A stretch of DNA of 64,000 nt from Vicinamibacteria bacterium (lineage in GTDB: Bacteria; Acidobacteriota; Vicinamibacteria; Marinacidobacterales; Marinacidobacteraceae): positions 160,001-224,000 of the forward strand of contig OZ219816.1 of the NCBI GenBank assembly GCA_964291235.2. Direction: 5' to 3'. Positions 1 to 8,633 of the stretch are shown one piece after another; the stretch's first letter is position 1, and each line of letters opens with the position of its first letter. The notes under the pieces were generated by a model. It worked only from the letters and a program-made list of their open reading frames with translations. It ran no database searches and was not told the origin of the DNA. The translations under genes and the position numbers were made by a program.

Positions 1-3000
1 TCAGAAACCGAGCAGTTGATCCAGGGTCGCCAACCGACCGTTCGCGAGCACCGCGCGGACCCGGCGCAGGTTCGAGATGTCCTCCAGCGGGTCGCCATCG
101 AGCAGCACCAGATCGGCAAGAGCGCCCGGCGCCACGACACCCAGCTCCCCGGCGAGCCCGAGCGCCTCGGCAGCGGTCAGGGTGGCCGCCCGTAACGCTC
201 CGGCGGGACCCAGTCCGGCCTCCGCCAGTTGTTCGATCTCCAGGACGAACCCCAGTCCATACGGAACGATCGGCGTGTCCGTCCCCGCGATGATCCGTCC
301 CCCGGCCTCCGCTATCGAGCGAACCGTGTCCCACATGGGGCGCATGAGGGCGAGGTTCTTGGCAAGCTGCGCATCCCGGTCCTCGGGCCCATCGCGAGGT
401 GCGATGAGGGAGGAGGCGAGCCAGGCCGGAAGGGCGCGGATGCGGGTGTCCGAGGCGAGCAGTTCCGGCTCCCGGGCAAGCGCCAGATCCCAGCCTCCGT
501 AGATCAGCATCGTCGGGGTAAAGAACACCCCCGACTCGGCAATCAGGGCCCGTACGTCCTGGTAGGAGCGGCCCAGGTCGGTCATCTTCGGCGAAAAGCC
601 GCGGCGCGAAGTGCCCTTCACGTGTTCCAGACCGTTGATTCCGTAACGGACCGCCGGATACAGCTCGTGGGAGGTCACGAAAGCGCCAAAACGTTGCGCC
701 CGCCGGATGGCTTCCCGCTGGGATTCGTCGTCGAGCCGCACGTAGGTCTTGACGACGTCGAACTCCAGATCCCGCGCCAGCCGCAGGAGTGCATCCCTCT
801 CCTGTCCGCCCGAGAGCGCCGGGGCGCCCGCGTAGTAGATGCGGGTGCCGTCGAGCGTGGCGCCAGTGAGGAACATCCGCGGACCCACCCGCAGCCCGGC
901 CAGAATGGACTCCCGCTCCTCGAGCACCCGGTAGGTCGCAGCCGCCGGAACGCGGACCGAGGTCACCCCGTAGGCGAGATGGGCGCGGCCGAAGCGATTG
1001 CCGAACGCGGGACTCATCGGATGGGTGTGCATCTCGATGAGCCCGGGGATCACCGTGGCCCCGTCCCCTTCCACGACCCGCATCTCCTCGGGGAGCGGTT
1101 CCCCGGTCGGCGTGATCGAAACGATGCGCCCGGCTTCGATCAGGATGTCCTGCCCCGCCCGCACCTCTCCCGTCTCCACATCCACCACCCCGACATCATG
1201 GAGAAGCAGGGTGCCGGCCGCCGGAGCGACCTCGAACTCGTGCCGCAGGCGGATGGCTTCGGACCCGCTGCCGTCCGCAGCGATTCGAAGCACCTCCGTG
1301 CCGGACAGGGCGGTGATCGCGGCCCCGTCCGGGGTCCAGGCGGGGAAGTCCACCGGTCCTTCGAACACGGTTTGGGGCGGTCCCGCGGCTTCGCCGGCCG
1401 CATCGAGCCGGAGAATCGCCAGTCCCCCACCCAGGGCGAACGCCAGCCGGCCGCCGTCCGGCGAAAACACCGGCCCGTCGGAATCACGCATCCCGAAACT
1501 GGATGCCGGCTCGTCGAGGACCCTGGTTTCCCCGCTGCTGGCCGAGATCAGCGCGATCCGGTTCCGGCCTTCCCGGTAGCGGGACGAATAGGGAACCAGG
1601 CTCGCCAGCGCGACGGTCTGGCCGTCAGCCGACCAACTCGGCATGCCGGCGCCGCGGCGCGCGGTATAGACGGTGGTCTCCTCCTGCTCGGCATCCGGCC
1701 CGTTGTCGAGGTCCCGGCTGGAGAGCCGCAGATTGCCCCGCTCGTCGAGCCACGCGATCCGGGAGCCGTCTCTCGTGACCGCCGGACTCACCTCGGCGCC
1801 GAGCCGCGCGGTGAGCTGGACGAGTCCCGCTCCCGGTCCCGAGTCCAGCCGCTTTTCCCAGATGTCCATCGTCCCGCCGCGATCGCTTGCGAAAACCACG
1901 CTCTCCCCGTCGGGAAGCCAGACCGGATCGGTGTCGAGCCAAGTGTCGCGGGTCACCGGGATCGGGGCTTCGGATCCGTCGAGCGGTGCGGTCCAGATGT
2001 CGCCGAGCGCGGCGTAGAGCAAGCGGGTTCCGTCCGGGCTGACACTCGGGCGGACGATGCCCCGCACCGCCATGGATTCCTCCGCCTCGGACCGAATGCG
2101 CCCGCGACGCTCGGGAGGCCGCCGCACGGTGAGATCGGCGGACATCGCCACCCGTTCGGCAACGGGATCGGGGGATGGCGCTTCGGGGTCGTCCGCCGGT
2201 GGTCCGACGTCGAGGCGACGGATGCCGCCGTCGGCGGTGTAAACGAGGGTCCGATCGTCCAGCCATTGGGGCCGGAACGGAAAGAGATCCTCACCGGCTC
2301 CGGCAAGCGCTCGCGGCTCGCCTGCCCCATCGTCCTCCCCGGCGCCATCGTCTTCCCCGGCGCCGTCGTCTTCCGCGGCGCCCGGGAAGGGCGCCAGCAC
2401 CCACTCGCTTCCCGTGCCGATGTCGAATCGGCTACCCATCAGGGTGAGTCCTTCGTACTGAAGGCGGCGAAACGCGACCTGCGTCCCGTCCGGGCTCGGC
2501 GCCGGGGCGGCGACGTTGCCGGCGCTTCCCGGAACTGCCACGGGTTCCCCGGGAGATTCCGGGGAGAGCCACCGCAACTCGCCGTCCGCTTCGCCCTCGG
2601 GGGTCGCCACGAAGACGACTCCGTCTCCGCTCGGGGTCCAGGCGGGCTGCGATTCGTTGCCGAGGCTGCTGGTCAAAGGCGTGGCCTCGCCGGTCGCGAC
2701 ATCGAGAATCCAGATGTCGTAGCTGCCCCCCCGGTCCGAAGAAAACGCGACCCGCGTTCCGTCGGGCGACCAGGCCGGTTCGCGGTCGTCGAAGTCGGTG
2801 ACGGTGAGTCGCTCAGGCGTCCCGTCGGGAAGCGCCAGTTGCCAGATGTCCCATGTCCCGCTCCGGAACGACTGGTACGCAACGCGGTCCCCGTCAGGAT
2901 GAAAGTCGGGCAGCCGGTCATCCCCGAGGCCGTCGGTGAGCGCCTGGGCGGAACCACCGGACGCCGGCATCAGCCACAAGGTGCCCTGCAGGTCCATCAC

Positions 3001-3135
3001 CAACCGCTCGCCATCCGGGGAGGCGGCTACGGCGAAGTTCGTGCCCTCGGTGACGGTGACGGTCCGCTCTTCGGTGTCCTGCGCCCCGGCGAGGGCGCCG
3101 CCGAGCAACAGGGAAAGGAGCGAAAGCCGCCTCAT
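1..3135 (-). CDS. Secreted amidohydrolase with N-terminal TolB-like (PD40) beta-propeller repeats
   Basis: Signal peptide MRRLSLLSLLLGGALAGA (ATG at 3135). Repeated P.WSPDG motifs. C-terminal amidohydrolase motifs EMHTH, KTY, SHE, EHV, GTD, GALADLVLLDGDPLEDI. Confidence 0.85.
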   Translation of the reverse strand: MRRLSLLSLLLGGALAGAQDTEERTVTVTEGTNFAVAASPDGERLVMDLQGTLWLMPASGGSAQALTDGLGDDRLPDFHPDGDRVAYQSFRSGTWDIWQLALPDGTPERLTVTDFDDREPAWSPDGTRVAFSSDRGGSYDIWILDVATGEATPLTSSLGNESQPAWTPSGDGVVFVATPEGEADGELRWLSPESPGEPVAVPGSAGNVAAPAPSPDGTQVAFRRLQYEGLTLMGSRFDIGTGSEWVLAPFPGAAEDDGAGEDDGAGEDDGAGEPRALAGAGEDLFPFRPQWLDDRTLVYTADGGIRRLDVGPPADDPEAPSPDPVAERVAMSADLTVRRPPERRGRIRSEAEESMAVRGIVRPSVSPDGTRLLYAALGDIWTAPLDGSEAPIPVTRDTWLDTDPVWLPDGESVVFASDRGGTMDIWEKRLDSGPGAGLVQLTARLGAEVSPAVTRDGSRIAWLDERGNLRLSSRDLDNGPDAEQEETTVYTARRGAGMPSWSADGQTVALASLVPYSSRYREGRNRIALISASSGETRVLDEPASSFGMRDSDGPVFSPDGGRLAFALGGGLAILRLDAAGEAAGPPQTVFEGPVDFPAWTPDGAAITALSGTEVLRIAADGSGSEAIRLRHEFEVAPAAGTLLLHDVGVVDVETGEVRAGQDILIEAGRIVSITPTGEPLPEEMRVVEGDGATVIPGLIEMHTHPMSPAFGNRFGRAHLAYGVTSVRVPAAATYRVLEERESILAGLRVGPRMFLTGATLDGTRIYYAGAPALSGGQERDALLRLARDLEFDVVKTYVRLDDESQREAIRRAQRFGAFVTSHELYPAVRYGINGLEHVKGTSRRGFSPKMTDLGRSYQDVRALIAESGVFFTPTMLIYGGWDLALAREPELLASDTRIRALPAWLASSLIAPRDGPEDRDAQLAKNLALMRPMWDTVRSIAEAGGRIIAGTDTPIVPYGLGFVLEIEQLAEAGLGPAGALRAATLTAAEALGLAGELGVVAPGALADLVLLDGDPLEDISNLRRVRAVLANGRLATLDQLLGF

Positions 3136-3186
3136 CGCCGCCGATCCTAGCAGCGTCCCGGGGGCCGGATATCTTTCGCTCCGTAC

Positions 3187-4392
3187 ATGCGCCTTCTTCC
3201 TTATTTCGCCATCCCCCATCGTCGGCGCCCCTTAGCTGCGGGGCTGGCGCTTGGTCTCGCCACGCTCACCTGCGGTCCGGCCCCGGGGCCCCAGGCGACC
3301 CGTACGGCACCAGAGGCGGCCGCTGCGGCGGCCGGAGAAATCCGCCGGGTCATCGAGGAGGACGGGCGCGGCGGCGGCGCCCTCGGCGTGGTTGTGGGCG
3401 GAAAGATGATGGTTGCGGAGGGATTCGGATTCGCCGATGCCGAAGGCCGGATTCCGGCCCGGGCCGATCACCTGTTCCGGATCGGGTCGATCACGAAGCC
3501 GGTGACCGCGATGGCGATGCTGCGGCTCGTCCACCTCGGGGAGGCCCGGTTCGGGGATCCGGTCACCGCGCTCGTGCCGGAACTCGAGCAGGTCGAGAAC
3601 CCGTATTCCTGGACCCCCGGACCGAGCATCTTCCAGCTTGCCACCATGACCGGGGGCCTCGCCCGGGAACCGCGGGATCTCCCGCGCTACCTGGTGGGGG
3701 TTCCCCAGGACTGGCTCGACACCGCGTTCCGGGCGCTGGAAGCCACCTCGTTCGAATACGAACCGGGAACCCGCTACCAGTACTCGAACATCGGCTACGC
3801 CATGCTCGGCGCCGCGGTGGAGCGGGCCGCCGGAGAGCCCTTCATGGACCACGTCGCGGAGCGGCTCCTCACCCCGCTCGGGATGGACTCGAGCGCCTTC
3901 TTCCCGACGCCGGACCTCGAGAACCGCATCGCCGCGGGAGTCAGCGTGAAGGACGACGGCTCCCTCGATGCCGAGACGCCGGCGCGGGAGCACGAGGGGC
4001 GCGGCTACAAGGTGCCGAACGGCGCCCTGTACTCGACCGTCGAGGATCTTGGGGTGTTCCTGCGCTTCCTGGTCGGAGTCGAGGGAGCTCCCTTCGACGG
4101 GGTGATCCCGGCCGATTTCCGACGGGAGAACCTGACGAAGGCCTTCGCGGCCGGAGATCTGTCGAGCGGCTACGGGTTCGGGTTCATGGCCCGCCGGCGG
4201 GATGACGCGAACGGCCACTCGTTCACCGCCTACGGCCACGGCGGAAGCGTGGCCGGCTACCGGGCGGCGGCCTGGATCGAGCCGGAAACCGACGCCGCGG
4301 TGATCCTGCTCCGCAACGTGGGCGGCGACGGCCTGAACCTCACGGAGTTGTCGCTCTCGGCCCTCGCTGAGGTGGTGGCCGTTCTCCGCTGA
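3187..4392 (+). CDS. Serine hydrolase (beta-lactamase/AmpC-like family), exported
   Basis: FRIGSITK (SxxK), YQYSN (YxN), YGHGG; hydrophobic N-terminus with Cys. Confidence 0.88.
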   Translation: MRLLPYFAIPHRRRPLAAGLALGLATLTCGPAPGPQATRTAPEAAAAAAGEIRRVIEEDGRGGGALGVVVGGKMMVAEGFGFADAEGRIPARADHLFRIGSITKPVTAMAMLRLVHLGEARFGDPVTALVPELEQVENPYSWTPGPSIFQLATMTGGLAREPRDLPRYLVGVPQDWLDTAFRALEATSFEYEPGTRYQYSNIGYAMLGAAVERAAGEPFMDHVAERLLTPLGMDSSAFFPTPDLENRIAAGVSVKDDGSLDAETPAREHEGRGYKVPNGALYSTVEDLGVFLRFLVGVEGAPFDGVIPADFRRENLTKAFAAGDLSSGYGFGFMARRRDDANGHSFTAYGHGGSVAGYRAAAWIEPETDAAVILLRNVGGDGLNLTELSLSALAEVVAVLR

Positions 4393-4409
4393 GCCGAAAC
4401 CTCGTTCCG

Positions 4410-5660
4410 GTGCCCCGCCTCCCCCGAATCTCGCTCGCCTGGTGGATCCTCATCGGGATGGGCGCGGGCTTGGTTCTCGGCCTCGGGGCGCCGCAGTGGG
4501 CCGAGTCCATCGAATTCCTGAGCACGATTTTCCTGCGCCTGATCCGGTCGATCATCGCCCCGGTGCTGGTGGGCGTGCTGATCCGGGCGATCGCCGGCGC
4601 CGGCTCGATGGGCGCGCTGGGGCGGCTGGGCTGGAAATCGGTGGTCTGCTTCGAGTTGGCCACCACCATCGCCCTGCTGCTCGGCTGGTTCGGCGTGATG
4701 GCGACCCGGCCGGGCGACGGCCTGTCGCTGGGTACGGCAGAAGGAGTGGAACTCCCGGCACCGGCCGGCTTCGTCGAAGCCCTCGAGAGCGCCGTTCCGA
4801 CCAGCATCGTGGACGCGCTGGCGCGAGGCGACGTGCTGCAGATCGTGGTCTTCTGCTTCGTGTTCGGGATTGCCTGCCTCTCCGTGGGCGGCCGGGCGCG
4901 GCCGGTCGTGGACTTTGCCGAAGCGCTGGCGGAAGTCGCGTTCCGTTACACCGACTACGTCATGTACCTGGCGCCCCTCGCGGTGTTTGCGGCCGCGGCC
5001 AACGCGGTAGCGGGCGGCGGCTCCGCCGGTCTGGAGGGTCTGGCCGAATTCACCATCCTGGCCTGGCTGCTGCAGGGATCCTTCCTCGTTGTGGTGCTGG
5101 CGGGAGGCCTGTTCTTCTGCGGAATTCCGATCCGGAGGTTCGCGCGCTTCATGCGCGAACCGTTCCTGGTGGGCTTCGCAACCACCTCCAGCGCCGCCGC
5201 CCTGCCCCAGACGCTCGAGAACCTCCAGCGATTCGGGATCCCGCGACGCATCCTCGGCGTGGTCACGCCGCTCAGCCTGAGTCTCAATCTGAACGGCAGC
5301 ACCATCCAGCTGGGGATGGCCACCCTGTTCATCGCGCAGGCAGCCGGGATCGAGCTTTCCTGGGAACAGGCGGCGATCATCCTGCTGACGTTGAAGGTCA
5401 CGAGCAAGGGGGTGGCCGGGGTTCCGCGCGCCAACTTCGTGGTCCTCGCGGCGGTGTTCGAGGGTCACGGCCTGCCGATGGAGGGGCTCGGCATCCTGCT
5501 CGGAATCGACGCGCTGATCGATCCGGTCCGGACGAGCGTGAACGTGGCGAGCCACTGCGCGGCGCCGGCCGTGGTGGCTCGGTGGGAAGGCAATACGTTC
5601 GCGGCTCGCGAGTCGGAGGCATCGCCGTCCGGCTCGAACACGCCGGCGGCAACGGGCTGA
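4410..5660 (+). CDS. Dicarboxylate/amino acid:cation symporter (DAACS, GltP/DctA-like)
   Basis: Polytopic; motifs FATTSSAAALP, LNLNGS, SKGVAGVPRA, DPVRTSVNV. Confidence 0.9.
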   Translation: MPRLPRISLAWWILIGMGAGLVLGLGAPQWAESIEFLSTIFLRLIRSIIAPVLVGVLIRAIAGAGSMGALGRLGWKSVVCFELATTIALLLGWFGVMATRPGDGLSLGTAEGVELPAPAGFVEALESAVPTSIVDALARGDVLQIVVFCFVFGIACLSVGGRARPVVDFAEALAEVAFRYTDYVMYLAPLAVFAAAANAVAGGGSAGLEGLAEFTILAWLLQGSFLVVVLAGGLFFCGIPIRRFARFMREPFLVGFATTSSAAALPQTLENLQRFGIPRRILGVVTPLSLSLNLNGSTIQLGMATLFIAQAAGIELSWEQAAIILLTLKVTSKGVAGVPRANFVVLAAVFEGHGLPMEGLGILLGIDALIDPVRTSVNVASHCAAPAVVARWEGNTFAARESEASPSGSNTPAATG

Positions 5661-5661
5661 G

Positions 5662-6486
5662 CTACCGGGCCAGCAGCCGCTTCGCCTGCCGGAGGTGCAG
5701 CTCCTCGAGGAGTTCGCCGTCGAGTTCGACCACCGCGACGCCCCGGGCGCCGGCGTCTTCCATGGCGCCGACCACTTTTTCCGCCCAGGCGCGCTCCGCG
5801 GGGGTGGGGGCGAAGGCCTCGTGGATGACCGGAATCTGCCCCGGATGGACCGCTGACTTCCCGTCGAAGCCCGCCTCGGCGGCGCGGCGAGCGCTCCGCC
5901 GCAGTCCGTCGAGATCGCGGAAGGTGAACCAGGGCGCGTCCCAGGAGGCGGTTCCGGCGGCCCGCGCGGCGAGGAGGATGCGCTGGCGGACGAAATCGAG
6001 TTCCGACTCGTTCGGCCGCGGGCGGGCGCCCATGCTGAGCCGGTAGTCCGCCGATCCGAAGACCAGCCCTTCGACGCCCGGAACACGCGCGAGTTCGATG
6101 ACGTTCGCGGCGCCGAGCGCGGTTTCGATCATCAACCAGAACGGCGTCGCTTCCCTGAGGGTTTGCCGGGCCTTCGCGACCCCCTGGACGGTTTCCGCCT
6201 TGGGGATGAGTACGGCGTCAAAGCCCTCCCGCGCGGCGGCCGTGAGATCCGCCCTTCCTGCGGCGCCGCCGGGTGGGTTGATCCGTAGAGCCACCACCGC
6301 CCCGCCGGCGGCGGCCGCGGCGCGCGACTCCCGAAGCCGCTCGCGGGCCGCGTCCTTGTGCGAAGGGTGGACGCCGTCTTCGAGGTCCAGCACCAGGATG
6401 TCCGCACCCCGGGTGGCCGCCTTCGCGACCATTCGCTCACTGGAGCCGGGGACGTAGAGGAGCGAGCGCCGGCGGCCAGATTTCAC
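5662..6486 (-). CDS. CitE/HpcH-HpaI family CoA-ester lyase
   Basis: RSLLYVPG, LDLEDGV, IPKAE, MIETA, FGSADY, GFDGKSAVHPGQI. GTG start at 6486; the upstream part of ORF 5662..7287 is antisense to the next gene. Confidence 0.88.
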   Translation of the reverse strand: MKSGRRRSLLYVPGSSERMVAKAATRGADILVLDLEDGVHPSHKDAARERLRESRAAAAAGGAVVALRINPPGGAAGRADLTAAAREGFDAVLIPKAETVQGVAKARQTLREATPFWLMIETALGAANVIELARVPGVEGLVFGSADYRLSMGARPRPNESELDFVRQRILLAARAAGTASWDAPWFTFRDLDGLRRSARRAAEAGFDGKSAVHPGQIPVIHEAFAPTPAERAWAEKVVGAMEDAGARGVAVVELDGELLEELHLRQAKRLLAR

Positions 6487-6538
6487 GCCGCCGAGTATTC
6501 CACGAGGTGCGGCGCCCGGGGGCGGTTCCGCCGTTCGG

Positions 6539-6564
6539 GGAACCGCGGGAGCAACGCGTTCGTT
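6539..6564 (+). promoter_or_regulatory. ECF-sigma-type promoter GGAAC-N17-CGTT
   Basis: GGAAC at 6539-6543, 17-nt spacer, CGTT at 6561-6564, ending 9 nt before ATG 6574. Same motif and geometry at 36231. Confidence 0.55.
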
Positions 6565-6573
6565 GGGGTGAAC

Positions 6574-7122
6574 ATGAAAAGACTTCTGCGTCTCGCAACG
6601 CTCTCGGCCCTCGCGGCCGCCTTTGCCGTCTTCCCGGCGGCCGCCCAGGAAACGCCCTGGCTCCACGTCCAGGTCGAAGGCGACGACGACAACACCAAAG
6701 TCGAGGTGAACCTTCCCCTCGCTGCCGTCGAGGCGCTCGGTGGGTCCCTCGGCGAGCACATCTTCGACGAAATCGGGGAAGAGTGGGAACACGACACCGA
6801 CGTGGACATGGACTCCGAGGACATGCGCGCCTTCTGGCGGTCGCTGCGTGAAAACCCGGGAGCCTGGGTGACGATCGACGAAGAGGACGGAGGCAACCTC
6901 CGCGCCCGGATGGACGGTGACCAGATCCGCATCGAGGGCGGCGACGACGACGGCTCGCTCGATGTCCGCTTCCCGGTGGCCTTCGGGGACGCCCTGTTCG
7001 GCGAGGCCGGTGACGATCTCGATCTCGGCGCGGCGATCCGGAGTCTCGCGAACCACGAGGATGTCCTCATCTCCGTGGACGGCGACGACGGCAGCGTCCG
7101 CGTCTGGATCGGACCGCGGTAG
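6574..7122 (+). CDS. Exported acidic hypothetical protein
   Basis: Signal peptide MKRLLRLATLSALAAAFAVFPAAA; D/E-rich; internal duplicated V-x-(L/F)-P-(L/V) motif. Confidence 0.75.
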   Translation: MKRLLRLATLSALAAAFAVFPAAAQETPWLHVQVEGDDDNTKVEVNLPLAAVEALGGSLGEHIFDEIGEEWEHDTDVDMDSEDMRAFWRSLRENPGAWVTIDEEDGGNLRARMDGDQIRIEGGDDDGSLDVRFPVAFGDALFGEAGDDLDLGAAIRSLANHEDVLISVDGDDGSVRVWIGPR

Positions 7123-7127
7123 CCGGC

Positions 7128-7691
7128 ATGTTCCGCCTCGTGGGGATCCTGCTGGCCACGGCGCTGATCTCGGCGCTGCTCTTCGGCGCCTGTATCTCGG
7201 CGTGCGGCGTGGCGGTCGTTTCCGTCGTAGCCGACGGGGGGCCGAGCTTCGTGGCGCCCGTGCCGTTGATGCTCCCGATCGCCGCACTGCACTTCGTGCC
7301 CGACCGCGTCATGGACGATGCGATGCACGAAGGCATGGATGAACTGGAAGGCCGGGCGCTCATCGCCTTCGGCGAATTCGTGGCGGCGCTCGAGGCGGCG
7401 GACGACGCCGTCCTCGTCCGGGCCACCGAGGGAGACGAGCAGGTACTGGTGGCCAAGGAAGGGAAGAACATCGTCGTTCGGGTCCAGGAGGGGGACGCTT
7501 CCGGAGCCCGGGTGCTGGTTCGGGCGCCGCTCCGGGCGCTCACCGAAGTCAGCGAGGCCTGCGAAGTGGGGGAAAGCAGCCGAGTGCGCTGTCATCCCGG
7601 GCGCATGGCCCGCTCGCTTCTTTCGGCCCTCCGCGGCGCCGAGGTCGAGGTCCGGGACGGCGACACGAGGGTGGACGTCACCGTCTGGTAG
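7128..7691 (+). CDS. Membrane-anchored hypothetical protein, probably a distant paralog of the upstream gene
   Basis: 5 nt downstream of the previous stop; hydrophobic N-terminus; similar V-x-x-P-L motifs and C-terminal DG..V.V.W strand. Confidence 0.7.
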   Translation: MFRLVGILLATALISALLFGACISACGVAVVSVVADGGPSFVAPVPLMLPIAALHFVPDRVMDDAMHEGMDELEGRALIAFGEFVAALEAADDAVLVRATEGDEQVLVAKEGKNIVVRVQEGDASGARVLVRAPLRALTEVSEACEVGESSRVRCHPGRMARSLLSALRGAEVEVRDGDTRVDVTVW

Positions 7692-7808
7692 GGCGGGGCC
7701 CGCGCTGGGTCCACTCGCACGGCCGACGTGGAAAGAAACTGTGAAAATGTGAAAATGTGAATCTGTGAGATAACAGGATGCTTGGCCATCCGACGAACCT
7801 GTAGAGCA

Positions 7809-8626
7809 CCGTTTCGACACCAGGGCTGCTGAGTTCCTCGCCGAGAGGGGAACCATCTCGACGCTGGGGGGCTGTCCCGCCGCCCCGCTTCGCGGGGCTG
7901 TGCCGGCCTGGAGGCCGGCGTTCCCGTGCCGTTTCGAACACCAGGGCCTGCGGGGTCCCCGCCGAGAGGGGAACCGTCCCGACGATGGGGGGTCCGTCCC
8001 GCCGCCCCGCTGCGCGGGGCTGTGCCGGCCTGGAGGCCGGCGTTCCCGTGCCGTTGCGACACCGGGGCCTGCGGGGTCCCCGCCGAGAGGGGAACCGTCC
8101 CGACGCTGGGGGGTCCGTCCCGCCGCCCCGCTTCGCGGGGCTGTGCCGGCCTGGAGGCCGGCGTTTCCGTGCCGTTGCGACACCAAGGCTGGTGGGGTTC
8201 CCGCCGAGAGGGGAACCATCCCGACACTGGGGGTCCGCCCCGCCGCCCGCCTGCGGCGGGCTGTGCCGGCCTGGAGGCCGGCGTTCCCGTGCCGTTGCGA
8301 CACCAAGGCTGCTGAGGTCCTCGCCGAGAGGAGAACCGTCCCGACGATGGGGGGTCCGTCCCGCCGCCCCGCTTCGCGGGGCTGTGCCGGCCTGGAGGCC
8401 GGCGTTCCCTAGCCCGTGCGCCGTCGGGCTATGGCGGGGTCCGTCCCGCCGCCCCGCTGCGCGGGGCTGTGCCGGCCTGGAGGCCGGCGTTCCCGTGCCC
8501 GTGCGCCGTCGGGCTATGGGGGGGCCGTCCCGCCGCCCCGCTGCGCGGGGCTGTGCCGGCCTGGAGGCCGGCGTTCCCGTGGCCCGTGCGCCGTCGGGCT
8601 ATGGCGGGGTCCGTCCCGCCGCCCGC
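7809..8626. repeat. Tandem REP/BIME-like array: five ~121-bp units followed by ~2.5 units of ~81-85 bp
   Basis: Seven copies of GGGCTGTGCCGGCCTGGAGGCCGGCGTT(C/T)CC (hairpin GCCGGCC-TGGA-GGCCGGC), each preceded by a CCCGC..GCGGG hairpin; lies between convergent genes. Confidence 0.9.
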
Positions 8627-8633
8627 GCGTCGG

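Noticed and set aside
229-3150. 973-aa plus-strand ORF, and similar giants at 27467..30874, 37348..40557 and 53190..55040
   Set aside because: Antisense shadows of well-supported high-GC3 genes; no recognisable motifs.
7809-8626. Possible CRISPR array
   Set aside because: The sequences between hairpins are homologous to one another rather than unique spacers, the period (81-121 bp) is irregular, no cas genes are present and the unit is dispersed elsewhere as a REP.
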